From Carcharhinus amblyrhynchos (taxonomy: Eukaryota), in the NCBI GenBank assembly GCA_965287045.1, contig OZ336875.1, positions 54,250,001 to 54,314,000 on the forward strand: DNA of 64,000 nucleotides. The letters run 5' to 3'. Of this stretch, positions 1 through 10,339 are shown piece by piece (position 1 is the stretch's first letter; each line of letters begins with the position of its first letter). The translations under genes and the position numbers were made by a program. Below the pieces are notes generated by a model. That model made no database searches. It had not been told where the DNA came from and worked only from the letters and a program-made list of their open reading frames with translations.

Positions 1-1084
1 ATACTGACAAAAGAGATCACAGAAAGAACAACATATTAATCCAAGCTGACAGTTCTCTCTAGTTGTCAAAAAAATTATGCAGCTAAGCTTGCATAATGAA
101 GACCAAGTAAGAACTCCACCAGTAAAACTGGGTGGCAACTGTTTGGACAACTGGAGAGAACAGTGAGCATCAGCAGTGGTGGGATAGGCAGTTAAACGGT
201 CATTAATTGTCTACTTTGCAAAATCTACGTATAAAAGATTTGTATTTGCCATTCTTCAGGCGCTAAAATTCAGACATTGTACTTCAATGACAGAGAGAAA
301 AATCAGCCATTTCACGATGGTGTTTCTGATAAGGATTTGTAGCTACCTGTCCATCTGGAGAGAACCATGACCCTTCAGTTGACCTTGTCATGCCTGTATT
401 CATAGAAATTGGACATTCTAGCCTGAAACAGTCTCCTATAGCAGTAGAATATATTCTCCAATATACAGTACAAAGCAATTTTTGCTGACTAACTGTGGAT
501 ATTTGATAATTTATCTACCAATATTTCATCTGTGGGTAGCTTTGGGAATGGTCTTTTAAAAATGGTGAAAAATACTGAGAGAAGGAAACATATGAGCATC
601 AGCATCTCTGCTTACACATAGATTGCAGCTACATCTGTATCCAGTCCTCAGTTATCTGTCAAGTTGTTTATCCAAAGTTCCCACCTGCACTGTTTACCCA
701 ACGACAAATGCTAGTTAAGTGCAACTGCTGATTTGGTTTAACAGAAGTTCTATTATCATACATCCATCAGCAAATACCCAGCCATTTGTAAACTCGTGGA
801 AGCAATTAGATGATGAAAGAGGCAGATGTTTTATCAGGGGAGGGAGAAGGATAATTAAAAGCACGAGCTTAGGTTGAGATTTGTGTCAGAAAATTCAGGA
901 CTTGCAAATGTCATGTTTAGATTCAGAATTAGGGCCCCCAAATCAGATCCATTAAATCCACAATCCATTTCTCAAAATTAACCGTAAACTCTATCCAGAA
1001 AGCTTTCAGCTTTTGAAGCTTCTTCTATGTCATCTTAAGATTTTACTCCAGACTTTGGAAGTGGTAGAGCATCACATCAATCTC

Positions 1085-1338
1085 AAGTTTAAGTTTATTT
1101 AGTGTCACAAGTAGGCTTACATTAGCACTGCAATGAAGTTACTGTGAAAATCCCCTAGTCGCCATACTCAAGTGTCAGTTCGGGTACACTGTAGGAGAAT
1201 TTAACATGGCCAATGCACCTAACCAGCTTGTCTTTGGACTGAGAGGAAACCGGAGCACCTGGAGGAAATCCATGCAGACACAGGGAGAGGCAATTGGTTC
1301 TCTCCAGTTGTCCACACTGATAGTGACCCAAGCCAGGA
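1085..1338 (-). mobile_element. V-SINE/HE1-like tRNA-derived SINE, 3' part (split by CR1 insertion; 5' part at 5249-5303)
   Basis: Reverse complement of the V-SINE core (ctccaggtgctccggtttcctc...gtccaaagac...ggttaggtgcattggccatg); same family and tail as 30265-30570. Confidence 0.85.
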
Positions 1339-1952
1339 ACAAAGAACAATACAGCACAGGAACAGGCCCTTCAGCCCTCCAAGCCTGCGTCGCTCATGCG
1401 CCCAACTAGACCATTCATTTGTATCCCTCTATTCCCAGTATGTTCATGTGGCTATCCAGATAAGTCTTAAACGATCCCAGCATGTCCGCCTCAACCACCT
1501 TGCTTGGCAGTGCATTCCAGGCCCCCACCACTCTCTGTGTAAAATACGTCTCCCTGGCATCTGTGTTGAACCTTGCCCCCCTCACCTTGAACTTGTGACC
1601 CTTGTGTTCATCACCTCCGACCTGGGAGAAAGCTTCCCACTGTTCACCCTGTCTATGCCCTTCATAATTTTATACACCTTTATTAGGTCGCTCCCCATCC
1701 TCCATCTTTCCAGGGAGAACAACCCCAGTTTACCCAATTTCTCCTCATAGCTAAGACCCTCCATATCAGGCAACATCCTGGTAAACCTTTTCTGCACTCT
1801 CTCTAATGCCTCCACGTCCTTCTGGTAGTGTGGTGACCAGAACTGGACGCAGTATTCCAAATGTGGTCAAACCAACGTTGTATATAGCTGCAACATCATA
1901 TGCCAACTTTTATACTCTATGCCCCATCCAATAAAAGCAAGTATGCCATATG
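1337..1952 (-). mobile_element. CR1 LINE 3' end (ORF2 C-terminus + 3' UTR), outer element
   Basis: ORF 1582-1860 EYCVQFWSPHYQKDVEALERVQKRFTRM is CR1 ORF2 C-terminus; 3' tail cctgtgctgtattgttctttgttc on minus strand. Confidence 0.95.
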
Positions 1953-3395
1953 GCGGAGGTGATAGTGGATGCCTTGGTGGTTATTTTCCAGACGTTGCTG
2001 GATTCCGGGGAAGTGCCAGAAGATTGGAAAGCGGCTAATGTTACGCCGTTGTTTAAGAAGGGTGCCAGGCAAAAGGCAGGGAATTATAGGCCGGTTAGTT
2101 TAACGTCTGCTGTAGGTAAAATGTTAGAATCCGTCATCAAGGAGGAAATAGCGAGGCATCTTGAGGGGAATTGCTTGATAGAGCAGACGCAGCACGGTTT
2201 CGTTAAGGGGAAGTCGTGTCTGACAAATTTACTTGAGTTCTATGAGTATGTGTCTAGGGCGGTGGATAGAGGAGAGCCAGTGGATGTGGTCTTTCTTGAT
2301 TTTCAGAAGGCGTTTGACAAGGTACCTCACAAGAGGTTATTGCAGAAGGTCAGGGGACATGGAGTTGGGGGTGGGGGGTTAGTGTGGATAGAGGATTGGT
2401 TGTCAAATAGGAGGCAGAGAGTGGGGGTCAATGGGTGCTATTCGGATTGGCGGTTGGTGACTAGTGGAGTGCCTCAGGGGTCGGTGCTGGGGCCTCAGCT
2501 ATTTACCATTTATATAGATGATCTGGAGGAGGGAACCGAGTGTATGGTGTCGACATTTGCTGATGACACCAAGATTGGTGGAAAGGCAAATTGTACGGAG
2601 GGTGTGGAGAGTCTGCGGAAGGATCCAGATAGGCTGGGCGAATGGGCCAGGAACTGGCAAATGGAATTTAATGTTGGCAAGTGCGAGGTGGTACACTTTG
2701 GTAGGAATAATGGTAGGAAGGATTATTACTTACGTGGAGAAAAACTGCAGCAGGCGACGGTGCAGAGGGACCTCGGGGTCCTTGTGCATGAGTCACAAAA
2801 ACCCAGCTTGCAGGTGCAGCAGGTGGTCAGGAAGGCGAATGGGATGCTGGCCTTCATAGCGAGGGGGATTGAATATAAAAGTAGGGAGGTCTTGCTGCGG
2901 CTGTATAGGGCATTGGTGAGGCCGCAGCTGGAGTACTGTGTGCAGTTTTGGGCGCCGTACTTACGCAAGGATATTTTGGCCTTAGAGGGAGTGCAGAGGA
3001 GGTTTACTAGGCTGATGCCGGAGTTGAGGGGGTTGAGCTATGAGGAGAGGCTGAATAAACTAGGCTTGTACTCATTAGAGTTTAGAAGAATGAGGGGAGA
3101 TCTCATTGAGACGTATAAGATGATGAATGGGATGGATAGGATAGAGGTGGAGAGACTCTTCCCGCTCAGAAAGGACAGTAGGACTAGGGGGCACAGCCTC
3201 AAGATAAAGGGGGGGCGGTTTAGAACAGAGTTGAGGAAGAACTTCTTCACTCAAAGGGTGGTGAATCTCTGGAATTGTCTGCCCGTTGAAGTGGTGGAGG
3301 CTACCTCGCTAAATATTTTTAAGAAGCGGGTTGATGGGTTTTTGATAAGAGAGGGGATTAAGGGTTATGGGGAGAGGGCGGGAATGTGGAACTGA
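1950..3395 (+). CDS. CR1 ORF2 reverse transcriptase domain, uninterrupted 481 aa (5'-truncated element, no endonuclease)
   Basis: Motifs NYRPVSLTS, QHGFVKGKSCLTNL, FLDFQKAFDKVPH, GVPQGSVLGPQLF, FADDTK; no stops or frameshifts. Confidence 0.95.
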   Translation: MAEVIVDALVVIFQTLLDSGEVPEDWKAANVTPLFKKGARQKAGNYRPVSLTSAVGKMLESVIKEEIARHLEGNCLIEQTQHGFVKGKSCLTNLLEFYEYVSRAVDRGEPVDVVFLDFQKAFDKVPHKRLLQKVRGHGVGGGGLVWIEDWLSNRRQRVGVNGCYSDWRLVTSGVPQGSVLGPQLFTIYIDDLEEGTECMVSTFADDTKIGGKANCTEGVESLRKDPDRLGEWARNWQMEFNVGKCEVVHFGRNNGRKDYYLRGEKLQQATVQRDLGVLVHESQKPSLQVQQVVRKANGMLAFIARGIEYKSREVLLRLYRALVRPQLEYCVQFWAPYLRKDILALEGVQRRFTRLMPELRGLSYEERLNKLGLYSLEFRRMRGDLIETYKMMNGMDRIEVERLFPLRKDSRTRGHSLKIKGGRFRTELRKNFFTQRVVNLWNCLPVEVVEATSLNIFKKRVDGFLIREGIKGYGERAGMWN

Positions 3396-3485
3396 GCCAC
3401 GACAGATCAGCCATGATCTTATTGAATGGCGGGGCAGGCTCGAAGGGCCAGATGGCCTACTCCTGCTCCTATTTCTTATGTTCTT
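1953..3485 (+). mobile_element. Young 5'-truncated CR1 inserted into another CR1, 5-bp TSD ATATG
   Basis: ATATG at 1948-1952 and 3486-3490; removing the insert restores gcaagtatgccatatgccttctt (cf. uninterrupted paralog at 50207-50229); 3' tail cctatttcttatgttctt. Confidence 0.92.
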
Positions 3486-3490
3486 ATATG

Positions 3491-5248
3491 CCTTCTTCAC
3501 CACCCTCTCCACCTGTGCTGCCAACTTTAAGGACCTGTGGACTTGCACACCCAGGTCCCTCTGTGTGTCTATACTCCTGATGGTTCTGCCATTGATTGTA
3601 TAGCTTCCCCCTGCATTAAATCTACCAAAATGCATCACTTCACATTTATCTGGATTAAATCCCACCTGCCATTCCTCTGCCCGATTTTCCGGCCTATCTA
3701 TATCCTGCTGTATTCTCTGACAACGTTCATCACTATCCGCAACTCCAGCAATCTTTGTGTCGTCCGCAAACTTACTAATCAGGCCAGCTATATCTTCTTC
3801 CAAATCATTTACATATATCACAAACAGCAGAGGCCCAGTACAGAGCCCTGCAGAACACCACTCATCACAAACCTCCAACCGGAAAAAGACCCCTCCACTC
3901 CACTTGGCCATAGAAGACAGACCCCTCCGTCTGTCTTCTATGGCCAAGCCAGTTCTGAATCCATCTAGCCAGTTCATCTTTGATCCATGAGATTCAACCT
4001 TTTGCATCAGTCTGCCACGAGGGACCTTGTCAAATGCTTTACTAAAATCCATGTAGACGACATCCACTGCCCTTCCCTCGTCAATCATTTTTGTCACCTC
4101 CTCAAAAACCTCAACCAAATTTGTGAGGCAGGACCTCCCTTGTACAAAACCATGTTGTCTATCGCTAATGAGAATATTCAGTTCTAAATGTGTATAGATC
4201 CTATCTCTAAGAATCTTCTCCAACAATTTCCCGACCACGCACGTCAAGCTCACTAGCCTATAATTACCCGGGTTATCCTTGCTACCCTCTTAAATAACTG
4301 GACCACGTTTGCTCTCCTCCAATTCTCTGGGACCTCACCTGTGTCCAGTGAAGAGACAAAGCTTTCTGTTAGAGGCCCAGCAAGGGGGAAAGCCACGGGG
4401 GTATTCTCTGGTACATGACCTTTACCCTTCCCAACCGTGACCCATGTGTCTTCCTCCCGTGGCCCCAGTGTGACTAGCTGCTTGTAACTTCTCTCTATTA
4501 ATTCCTCATTCTCCCTGCCTAAACTATGGTCATTGAACTGCAGCTCCAGTTCCCTAACGCGGTCCCTCAGGAGCTGCAGTTCAACGCACCTGGTGCAGAT
4601 ATGGACTTCCGGGAGGCTAGGCGACTCTATGAACTCCCACATCCGACACCGAAAGCAGCAAACTGGCCTCTCACTCACAATTATCCCTTTCTTTAAATTA
4701 CTGGAAGAACGAAGAACAGAACCTACCCTGCCTCTGCCTGTTTACGCTGAAGCCTGTTGAGCCAAAGCCCTTCAGCCTTCACTCTGCTCCCTCCCGCTCC
4801 GCGCCCGCTCTCAACACTGCCTGCTGTATAGAGTGGCCTGCTCTTTATAGCTCCCGTTCACCACTGGCTGGTGTCAGGTGCCTGCACAGTTTTCCCAGTA
4901 AAAAAACTTTTGCAAAGGGAAAAAGCCTGGGGAAAAACCTACAGATAAATAAATAAATAAATAACCAAACACTAGCTGCCTTACCTTCAGCACAAATCTC
5001 TCCCTCTCAATCTTGCTCTGGTCGCACAATGAGGTTGATTCCCCACGTAAGTAACTTTTATATTAAAATAAAAAACTCAAATTCCCAGAGTACCCCACAG
5101 TCCACTTCCGCTTTCCCAGTAAAAAAAGACTTCTGTAAAGGAAAAAAGCCCGCAAAAAAATTTAACGGATAAATAAATAAATAACTAAACACTAGCTGCC
5201 TTACCCTCAGCACAAATCTTTCCCTCTCAATCTTGCTCTGGTCGCATA
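3491..5248 (-). mobile_element. CR1 outer element: RT region, internally deleted ORF1/ORF2 junction and 5' UTR
   Basis: ORF 3309-4253 has YMDFSKAFDKVP and KFADDTK; ORF 4253-4678 begins with Cys-rich + coiled-coil CR1 ORF1 N-terminus and runs directly into ORF2 (SSLDTGEVPENWRRANV). Confidence 0.9.
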
Positions 5249-5250
5249 AT
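4891..5250 (-). repeat. Two tandem ~140-bp monomers (period ~220 bp) in the CR1 5' UTR
   Basis: tttcccagtaaaaaaa...gataaataaataaataa..aaacactagctgccttacc.tcagcacaaatct.tccctctcaatcttgctctggtcgca.aat at ~4891-5030 and ~5112-5250. Confidence 0.9.
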
Positions 5251-5303
5251 CGAACCTGTGACTCTAGAGCTGTGAGGCAGCAGTGCTAACCACTGTGCCA
5301 CCC
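5249..5303 (-). mobile_element. 5' tRNA-like head of the SINE split at 1338
   Basis: atcgaacctg...gctgtgaggcagcagtgctaaccactgtgccacc, reverse complement of A/B-box head. Confidence 0.85.
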
Positions 5304-6643
5304 AAAACAATGAGTAAGCGCAAAATATCAGTGACAATATAATTGTATCTTCACAGTGGAATGTTCACAAACTAACTCATTCAGTTAATGCATTTCACTG
5401 TGCATCTCCGTATTTCCAGGAAGAACTTTATAGTACAGTTCATCCCAGGAGATGAACCACTGTTGCAGATTAGCTGCCATGCATTATTCAGTTGGGTGTG
5501 GATAAATGTCATATTTGGACAAACAGCATCTATTTCAATGCATCGCAACTCTGATGCACAGAGCAAACAGACTGCCAGAGATTAAATGTGTAACCCCTTC
5601 ACCTCTGTGCAACTAATTCACCCGGCAACTAAAGCCACCCTCGGCGTAAGCACCATAATTTATTTAAAGGGCCAAGGTCAACGATAGGGGAGTCTCTGCA
5701 GAGTCCTTGAAATGTGTTTTTCAAGGAATGCAGCTTGCTTTGAATACTCTATTGCAACTTTGTCACATTGGATACAGTACCATTAACAATTTAATGTTGT
5801 CCAAGATTCGACATCTCTTGGAACACTGCTTCACTTGTCTGTGTCACTGGTGTATAGAATCATTCAGAAGCAAAGATGAAATGTGTTAAGTGAAGAAGTT
5901 AGATTGTGAACATTCTATTTGTGAAGGTATAGGACAAATCCAAAGGCTGAAAGCAAGTTCTAGGCAGGTTTACTGTTAATTTCCCAGACCAGTTACTGTA
6001 AGTTTCCCTAGATCTCGAGTCAAGGACAGACACTGCAGTCTCACCCATGAAAGTGAACTAAGAGAACCAAAGTGTTCTAGAATAAGGAAGATAGAAACAC
6101 CCAAAACTTATCACATGGGCCACAAGCTTACTTCATTAAAAGTAAGAAATTATTTTTGGCCAAATGAACAACTTTTGAATACCACTGAAGGAGAGGAAAA
6201 TTTTGCATTTATATAGGAACCCTGCATGTCTTCAGAATATCCAAAAATGATGTGCAGCCGAAGAATAATTTTTAAACTTTGGTTTAGTGGACAAATATGG
6301 AAACTATTTCACAAGGTCCTATGAGCAGCAAATAAATGCTCAATATTGATGATTTTGGTTGAGGGATGAACGCTGGTTGAGATATCCTGTGTACTCCGTG
6401 CTTGGAATCTTTTATAACAACATGAACACACAGATTGAGCCAGGGCTAAAGTGAGAAAAATATAGATTGCTTTACATAGTGCCATTCACATTCTGAAATT
6501 CTGAGTGCATTTATTTTCAAATGCTTTTACCATTGGCCTATAGACAAACAAGGTAGCTACGTTGTGCACAACAAACTCACACAAATAAGGAATGAGATTA
6601 ACAACCAAAGAATCTGTTTTTCTAGAGGGATTGATATTGACCA

Positions 6644-6853
6644 GGAACTGGAGCTGCAGTTCAATGACCTTAGTTTAGGCAGGGAGAATGAGGAATTAAT
6701 AGAGAGAAGTTACAGGCAGCTAGTCACACTGGGGCCACAGGAGGAAGACACATGGGTCACGGTTAGGAAGGGTAAAGGTCACGTACCAGAGAATACCCCG
6801 GTGGCTTTCCCCCTTGCTGGGCCCCTAACAGAAATCTTTGTCTCTTCACTGGA
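6644..6853 (+). mobile_element. ~210-bp copy of the deleted-CR1 ORF1/ORF2 junction
   Basis: ELELQFNDLSLGRENEELIERSYRQLVTLGPQEEDTWVTVRKGKGHVPENTPVAFPLAGPLTEIFVSSL nearly identical to the 4345-4552 minus-strand translation. Confidence 0.95.
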
Positions 6854-6909
6854 GAACTCCCTGCTCTTCTTCAGTGTCAAAGGTTCTTTTTTAAAAAATA
6901 ATGTGTAGG

Positions 6910-7265
6910 GGCTGTGGGCATCACTGGCTGGGCCAGCATTTATTGCCCATCCCTAATTGCCCTTGAACTAAATGGATTAAGTGGATCGTTAGGCCATTTG
7001 AGAGGGTATTTACAAGTCAACCACATAGCTGTGATCTGGAGTCACATATAGGCCAGACCAGGCAAGGACAGCAAATTTCCCAGAAGGATTTTAAAGAACC
7101 AGATGGTTTTTATGACAATTGACAATGGTTTCATGATCATCATTAGACTTTGAATTTATTGAATTCAAATTTCACCATTTGCTATGGCAAACCTGATTCT
7201 CCAGAGCTTTACCCTGGGTCTTTGAATTACTAGTCCAGTGACAACACCATTATGCCAGTGCCTCC
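6910..7265 (-). mobile_element. tRNA-headed SINE family B
   Basis: Homologous to 18560-18925, 41110-41460, 59545-59895 (gaattcaaat...aaccagatgg...gcccatccctaat motifs). Confidence 0.85.
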
Positions 7266-9055
7266 AGTTTTATAAGAAACTGAATAGGCAGGTGGCGCCT
7301 TAACAATGTCATCCAAAAGTGACCTCTGATAACAGTACTCACTCTTCTGCACTGAAAATCACTGGCTCAATTTTATTTAGGAAAATTAAATGCGAACATT
7401 TTAAATTGGATTCCTTCAACAAGTTTCTGATTAAAGTTCTGGGTTGTTTCAGGCACCAAGAGTTGTTTTTAAAAAAGTTTATACAAACACAACAATAATA
7501 TTTTTAACAGTAATAGTTCACTTAACCTGCAGGGTTGATCCTGGATCTCAATAAGATTGAAGGTTAAGATAGATAGGCCCCAGTTAAACATAATTGGAGA
7601 TGCCTGTTTTAGAAGGTCACTTCTTTACAAGTGTGAAGAACACAAGATTCTCCTGCTACTTAAATCTCTTAATGAGGGTAAATTCTCAACCTTAAAAAAA
7701 GTACTTTCAGTGAACCGTTTTCTGAAATATAGAACTTGATGTGAACAATCTTTTTTTCCTCAGAGACTAAATCAACTTCAAGTTTAACAATATGCTGGTA
7801 GGTTAATGGCATTTTGATATGAAGGTGATGGTGACACTGTGTGATAGCAACATCTACTGAGCCAATTAGTGGGCATGACAACACAAATGTTCCAAACTCT
7901 GCCAGGAAAACTTAACTGCAACTCAGTACTATATACAGTAACACACGCACACACACCCACTCACAAGACATACTCCCACACACACAATCCAGAGACAACT
8001 CAGGTAGTTACCTACATGACAGATTGTAGTGACAGACACAAGACAGAACAAATAAACTCAGAGCTAGACCTGCCTTGATATTGAGGTACATACAGGTTTT
8101 TACTGGACACGGTTGATAGCAAAGCACACTTCTGCACTGTAGGAGTGCTTTAGTCTATTAGCAGTACAGTCTAAAAAACATTAGTTCTCCAAATAGGCCA
8201 CATTCTGAGCACTTCATAGGAAACAAAAATAAAAATCAGCTCTCTGATGATCAACAAGCCTGCTACAGAAAACTAAAATTGATACAATTTTCCACACTTT
8301 TGCTGAGGGCATTCTCTGTGTTTCTTTGAAGAATATCGCTCACATCTATCATGAACTGAAGATTTGTAAAGTATTAAATGTGTGTAGAAGTTGTCAGACA
8401 AAACAATGATGGCCTCACCCTTCTCATTTAGAAGGAAAACTGGAAAACAAAGCACTGGAGTGATCCCTTATGAATGTCAATAGTGGGACTGGCAAAGGTC
8501 TCAGGGCATATTTCCTGCTGGTTAAGTATATACTCCACGTTGTAGAGAGACTATGAAAAATATTATAACATTTTATCAAGTCTCACAACTTTTTAACTCT
8601 GATAAGTTTGGGTTATTCTTGCATTCACAATATGAGCCATTTTTCCTTTAAAATCCTCAATGACTTATCTTTGTAACTTCCACTGTCTTTTCCTTCTTGA
8701 AAACCTACCTTTAATAACCTCATCTATGACCATGTTTTTGGCCAATTCTGCTCATTGTAAATCAATTGGATGTTAATTGTAATCAGTTGATGGATATTAA
8801 CTGGGGACTCATTGTGCTTTTATCTATTAGAACAGGCTAAAATGAGGGTTCTTTCTGTTAGACAAACATTAGTTTAATGTGTGTTACAGTAAATAAAAGC
8901 TTGTCGCTTAATAAAAACTAGGCTCCAGTATTCTATCCTTGACCACCTGACTATCCACATTTCATGATGTGGGTATGCCGGCGTTGGACTGGCGTAAACA
9001 CAGTAAAAAGTCTGACAACACCAGGTTTTAGTCCAACCTATTTATTTGATAATAT

Positions 9056-9096
9056 ACTCACAAGCTTTCGGGGTTAGCCCCTTCGTCAGGTGAATG
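9056..9096 (-). ncRNA. Second copy of the minimal hammerhead ribozyme (inverted arm)
   Basis: actcacaagctttcggggttagccccttcgtcaggtgaat is the reverse complement of 9777-9817. Confidence 0.85.
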
Positions 9097-9776
9097 GAGA
9101 GTTCTGGCCTCAGACAGAGCATATAAAGCACAGACAGTTTAGAGATTACTGATTAGAATGCGAATCCTTACACCTAACCTGCTGTTCAAGACCTGAAGTG
9201 GCTGATAATGTGAGTGGAAGGAGCACTGATCACAGTTAAAAGAGATGTGTATTGTCTCCAGACAGTACAGTAAGTGAGGTTTTGCAAACCCAGGCAAGTC
9301 ACGGGGGTTACAGATAGTGCGACATGAACCCAAGATCCCTGTTGAGACCGTCCTCGTGTGCGGAACTTGGCTATCAGTCTCTGTTCAGTGACTCTGCGCT
9401 GTCGTGTGCCGTGAAGGTCAGCCTCTGACCTTCGGGTAAGCATTCTCCAAGGCGGCCTTCACGACACACGACAGCGCAGAGTCACTGAACAGAGACTGAT
9501 AGCCAAGTTCCGCACACGAGGACGGTCTCAACAGGGATCTTGGGTTCATGTCGCACTATCTGTAACCCCCGTGACTTGCCTGGGTTTGCAAAACCTCACT
9601 TACTGTACTGTCTGGAGACAATACACATCTCTTTAAACTGTGATCAGTGCTCCTTCCACTCACATTATCAGCCACTTCAGGTCTTGAACAGCAGGTTAGG
9701 TGTAAGGATTTGCATTCTAATCAGTAATCTCTAAACTGTCTGTGCTTTATATGCTCTGTCTGAGGCCAGAACTTTC

Positions 9777-9817
9777 CATTCACCTGACGAAGGGGCTAAC
9801 CCCGAAAGCTTGTGAGT
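9777..9817 (+). ncRNA. Minimal type I hammerhead ribozyme in Penelope pLTR
   Basis: attcac-CTGACGA-agggg ctaa cccc-GAAA-gctt-gtgagt: core boxes, stem II, palindromic AAGCTT stem III, stem I tcac/gtga. Confidence 0.85.
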
Positions 9818-10037
9818 ATATTATCAAATAAATAGGTTGGACTAAAACCTGGTGTTGTCAGACTTTTTACTGTGTATCCACATTTCAACAGCCCCTATTC
9901 AATTTCATTTTCTTTAGGTGGCCATTCATTTTCCTAATGCTTATGTAACTTCCTCTTGCCCTGGAATCTCTCAAACTATCCACTGTTCTGACTCCAGTTT
10001 CTTCAGTATTCTTCTCTCCATTCATTCTGCCACTGCT

Positions 10038-10290
10038 GTAGTACAAGGATATTTGGGTTGGTAAGGGTTAATTTGGGATTGGGGAAATAGTACCACCACA
10101 TTATAATGTAGAAAGTCACATGAGGCTAAATTGTGTGGCGAGAGAATCTGAGAGAAGTTGACATCTTGTTAAGACTGTACTTTGATGATATGTATATAGT
10201 TACCTGTTTCTCACTGCTCATCTTCAACCACACAAGCCTTCAGACTGTTTGTAAGACACCAAACAGCCTTAGAACATGGTGAAAGACAGT
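10038..10290 (+). mobile_element. Possible LTR-like sequence
   Basis: Starts tgtagta...gtaagggttaat, resembling Gypsy LTR starts; no partner LTR found. Confidence 0.3.
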
Positions 10291-10339
10291 GAAATATCCC
10301 CAAAATCCTCAGCAGCAGAAGGACATTGAAATCCCAAGG

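Larger units (their letters stand above)
6470..7375 (-). mobile_element. Old DeuSINE/SacSINE1-like element interrupted by a CR1 fragment (6647-6854) and a SINE (6910-7265)
   Basis: Pieces gagggattgatattgaccagga / ggagaactccctgctcttcttc / tcatccaaaagtgacctctgataacag resemble reverse complement of the Deu domain (recalled). Confidence 0.6.
8965..9874. mobile_element. Penelope-like element: inverted pair of 3' ends/pLTRs with 13-bp TSD
   Basis: Arms ~8998-9417 and ~9457-9875 near-perfect reverse complements; GIY-YIG C-terminal-type peptide SDLRVSILQGGLHDTRQRRVTEQRLIAKFRT..DGLNRDLGFMSHY; TSD tatccacatttca at 8952-8964 and 9875-9887. Confidence 0.9.

Noticed and set aside
347-422. Minus-strand 76-nt exon candidate
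   Set aside because: Weak donor (gtagct) and unrecognisable peptide.
3309-4253. 314-aa ORF as a functional RT
   Set aside because: Chimeric and frameshifted; reads through into the antisense of the inserted CR1.
9139-9734. Duplicate 64-aa ORFs on opposite strands
   Set aside because: Mirror translations of the Penelope palindrome arms, mostly 3' UTR.
8757-9890. Solo LTR hosting the Penelope insertion
   Set aside because: TG...CA ends and AATAAA present but no TSD or second copy.
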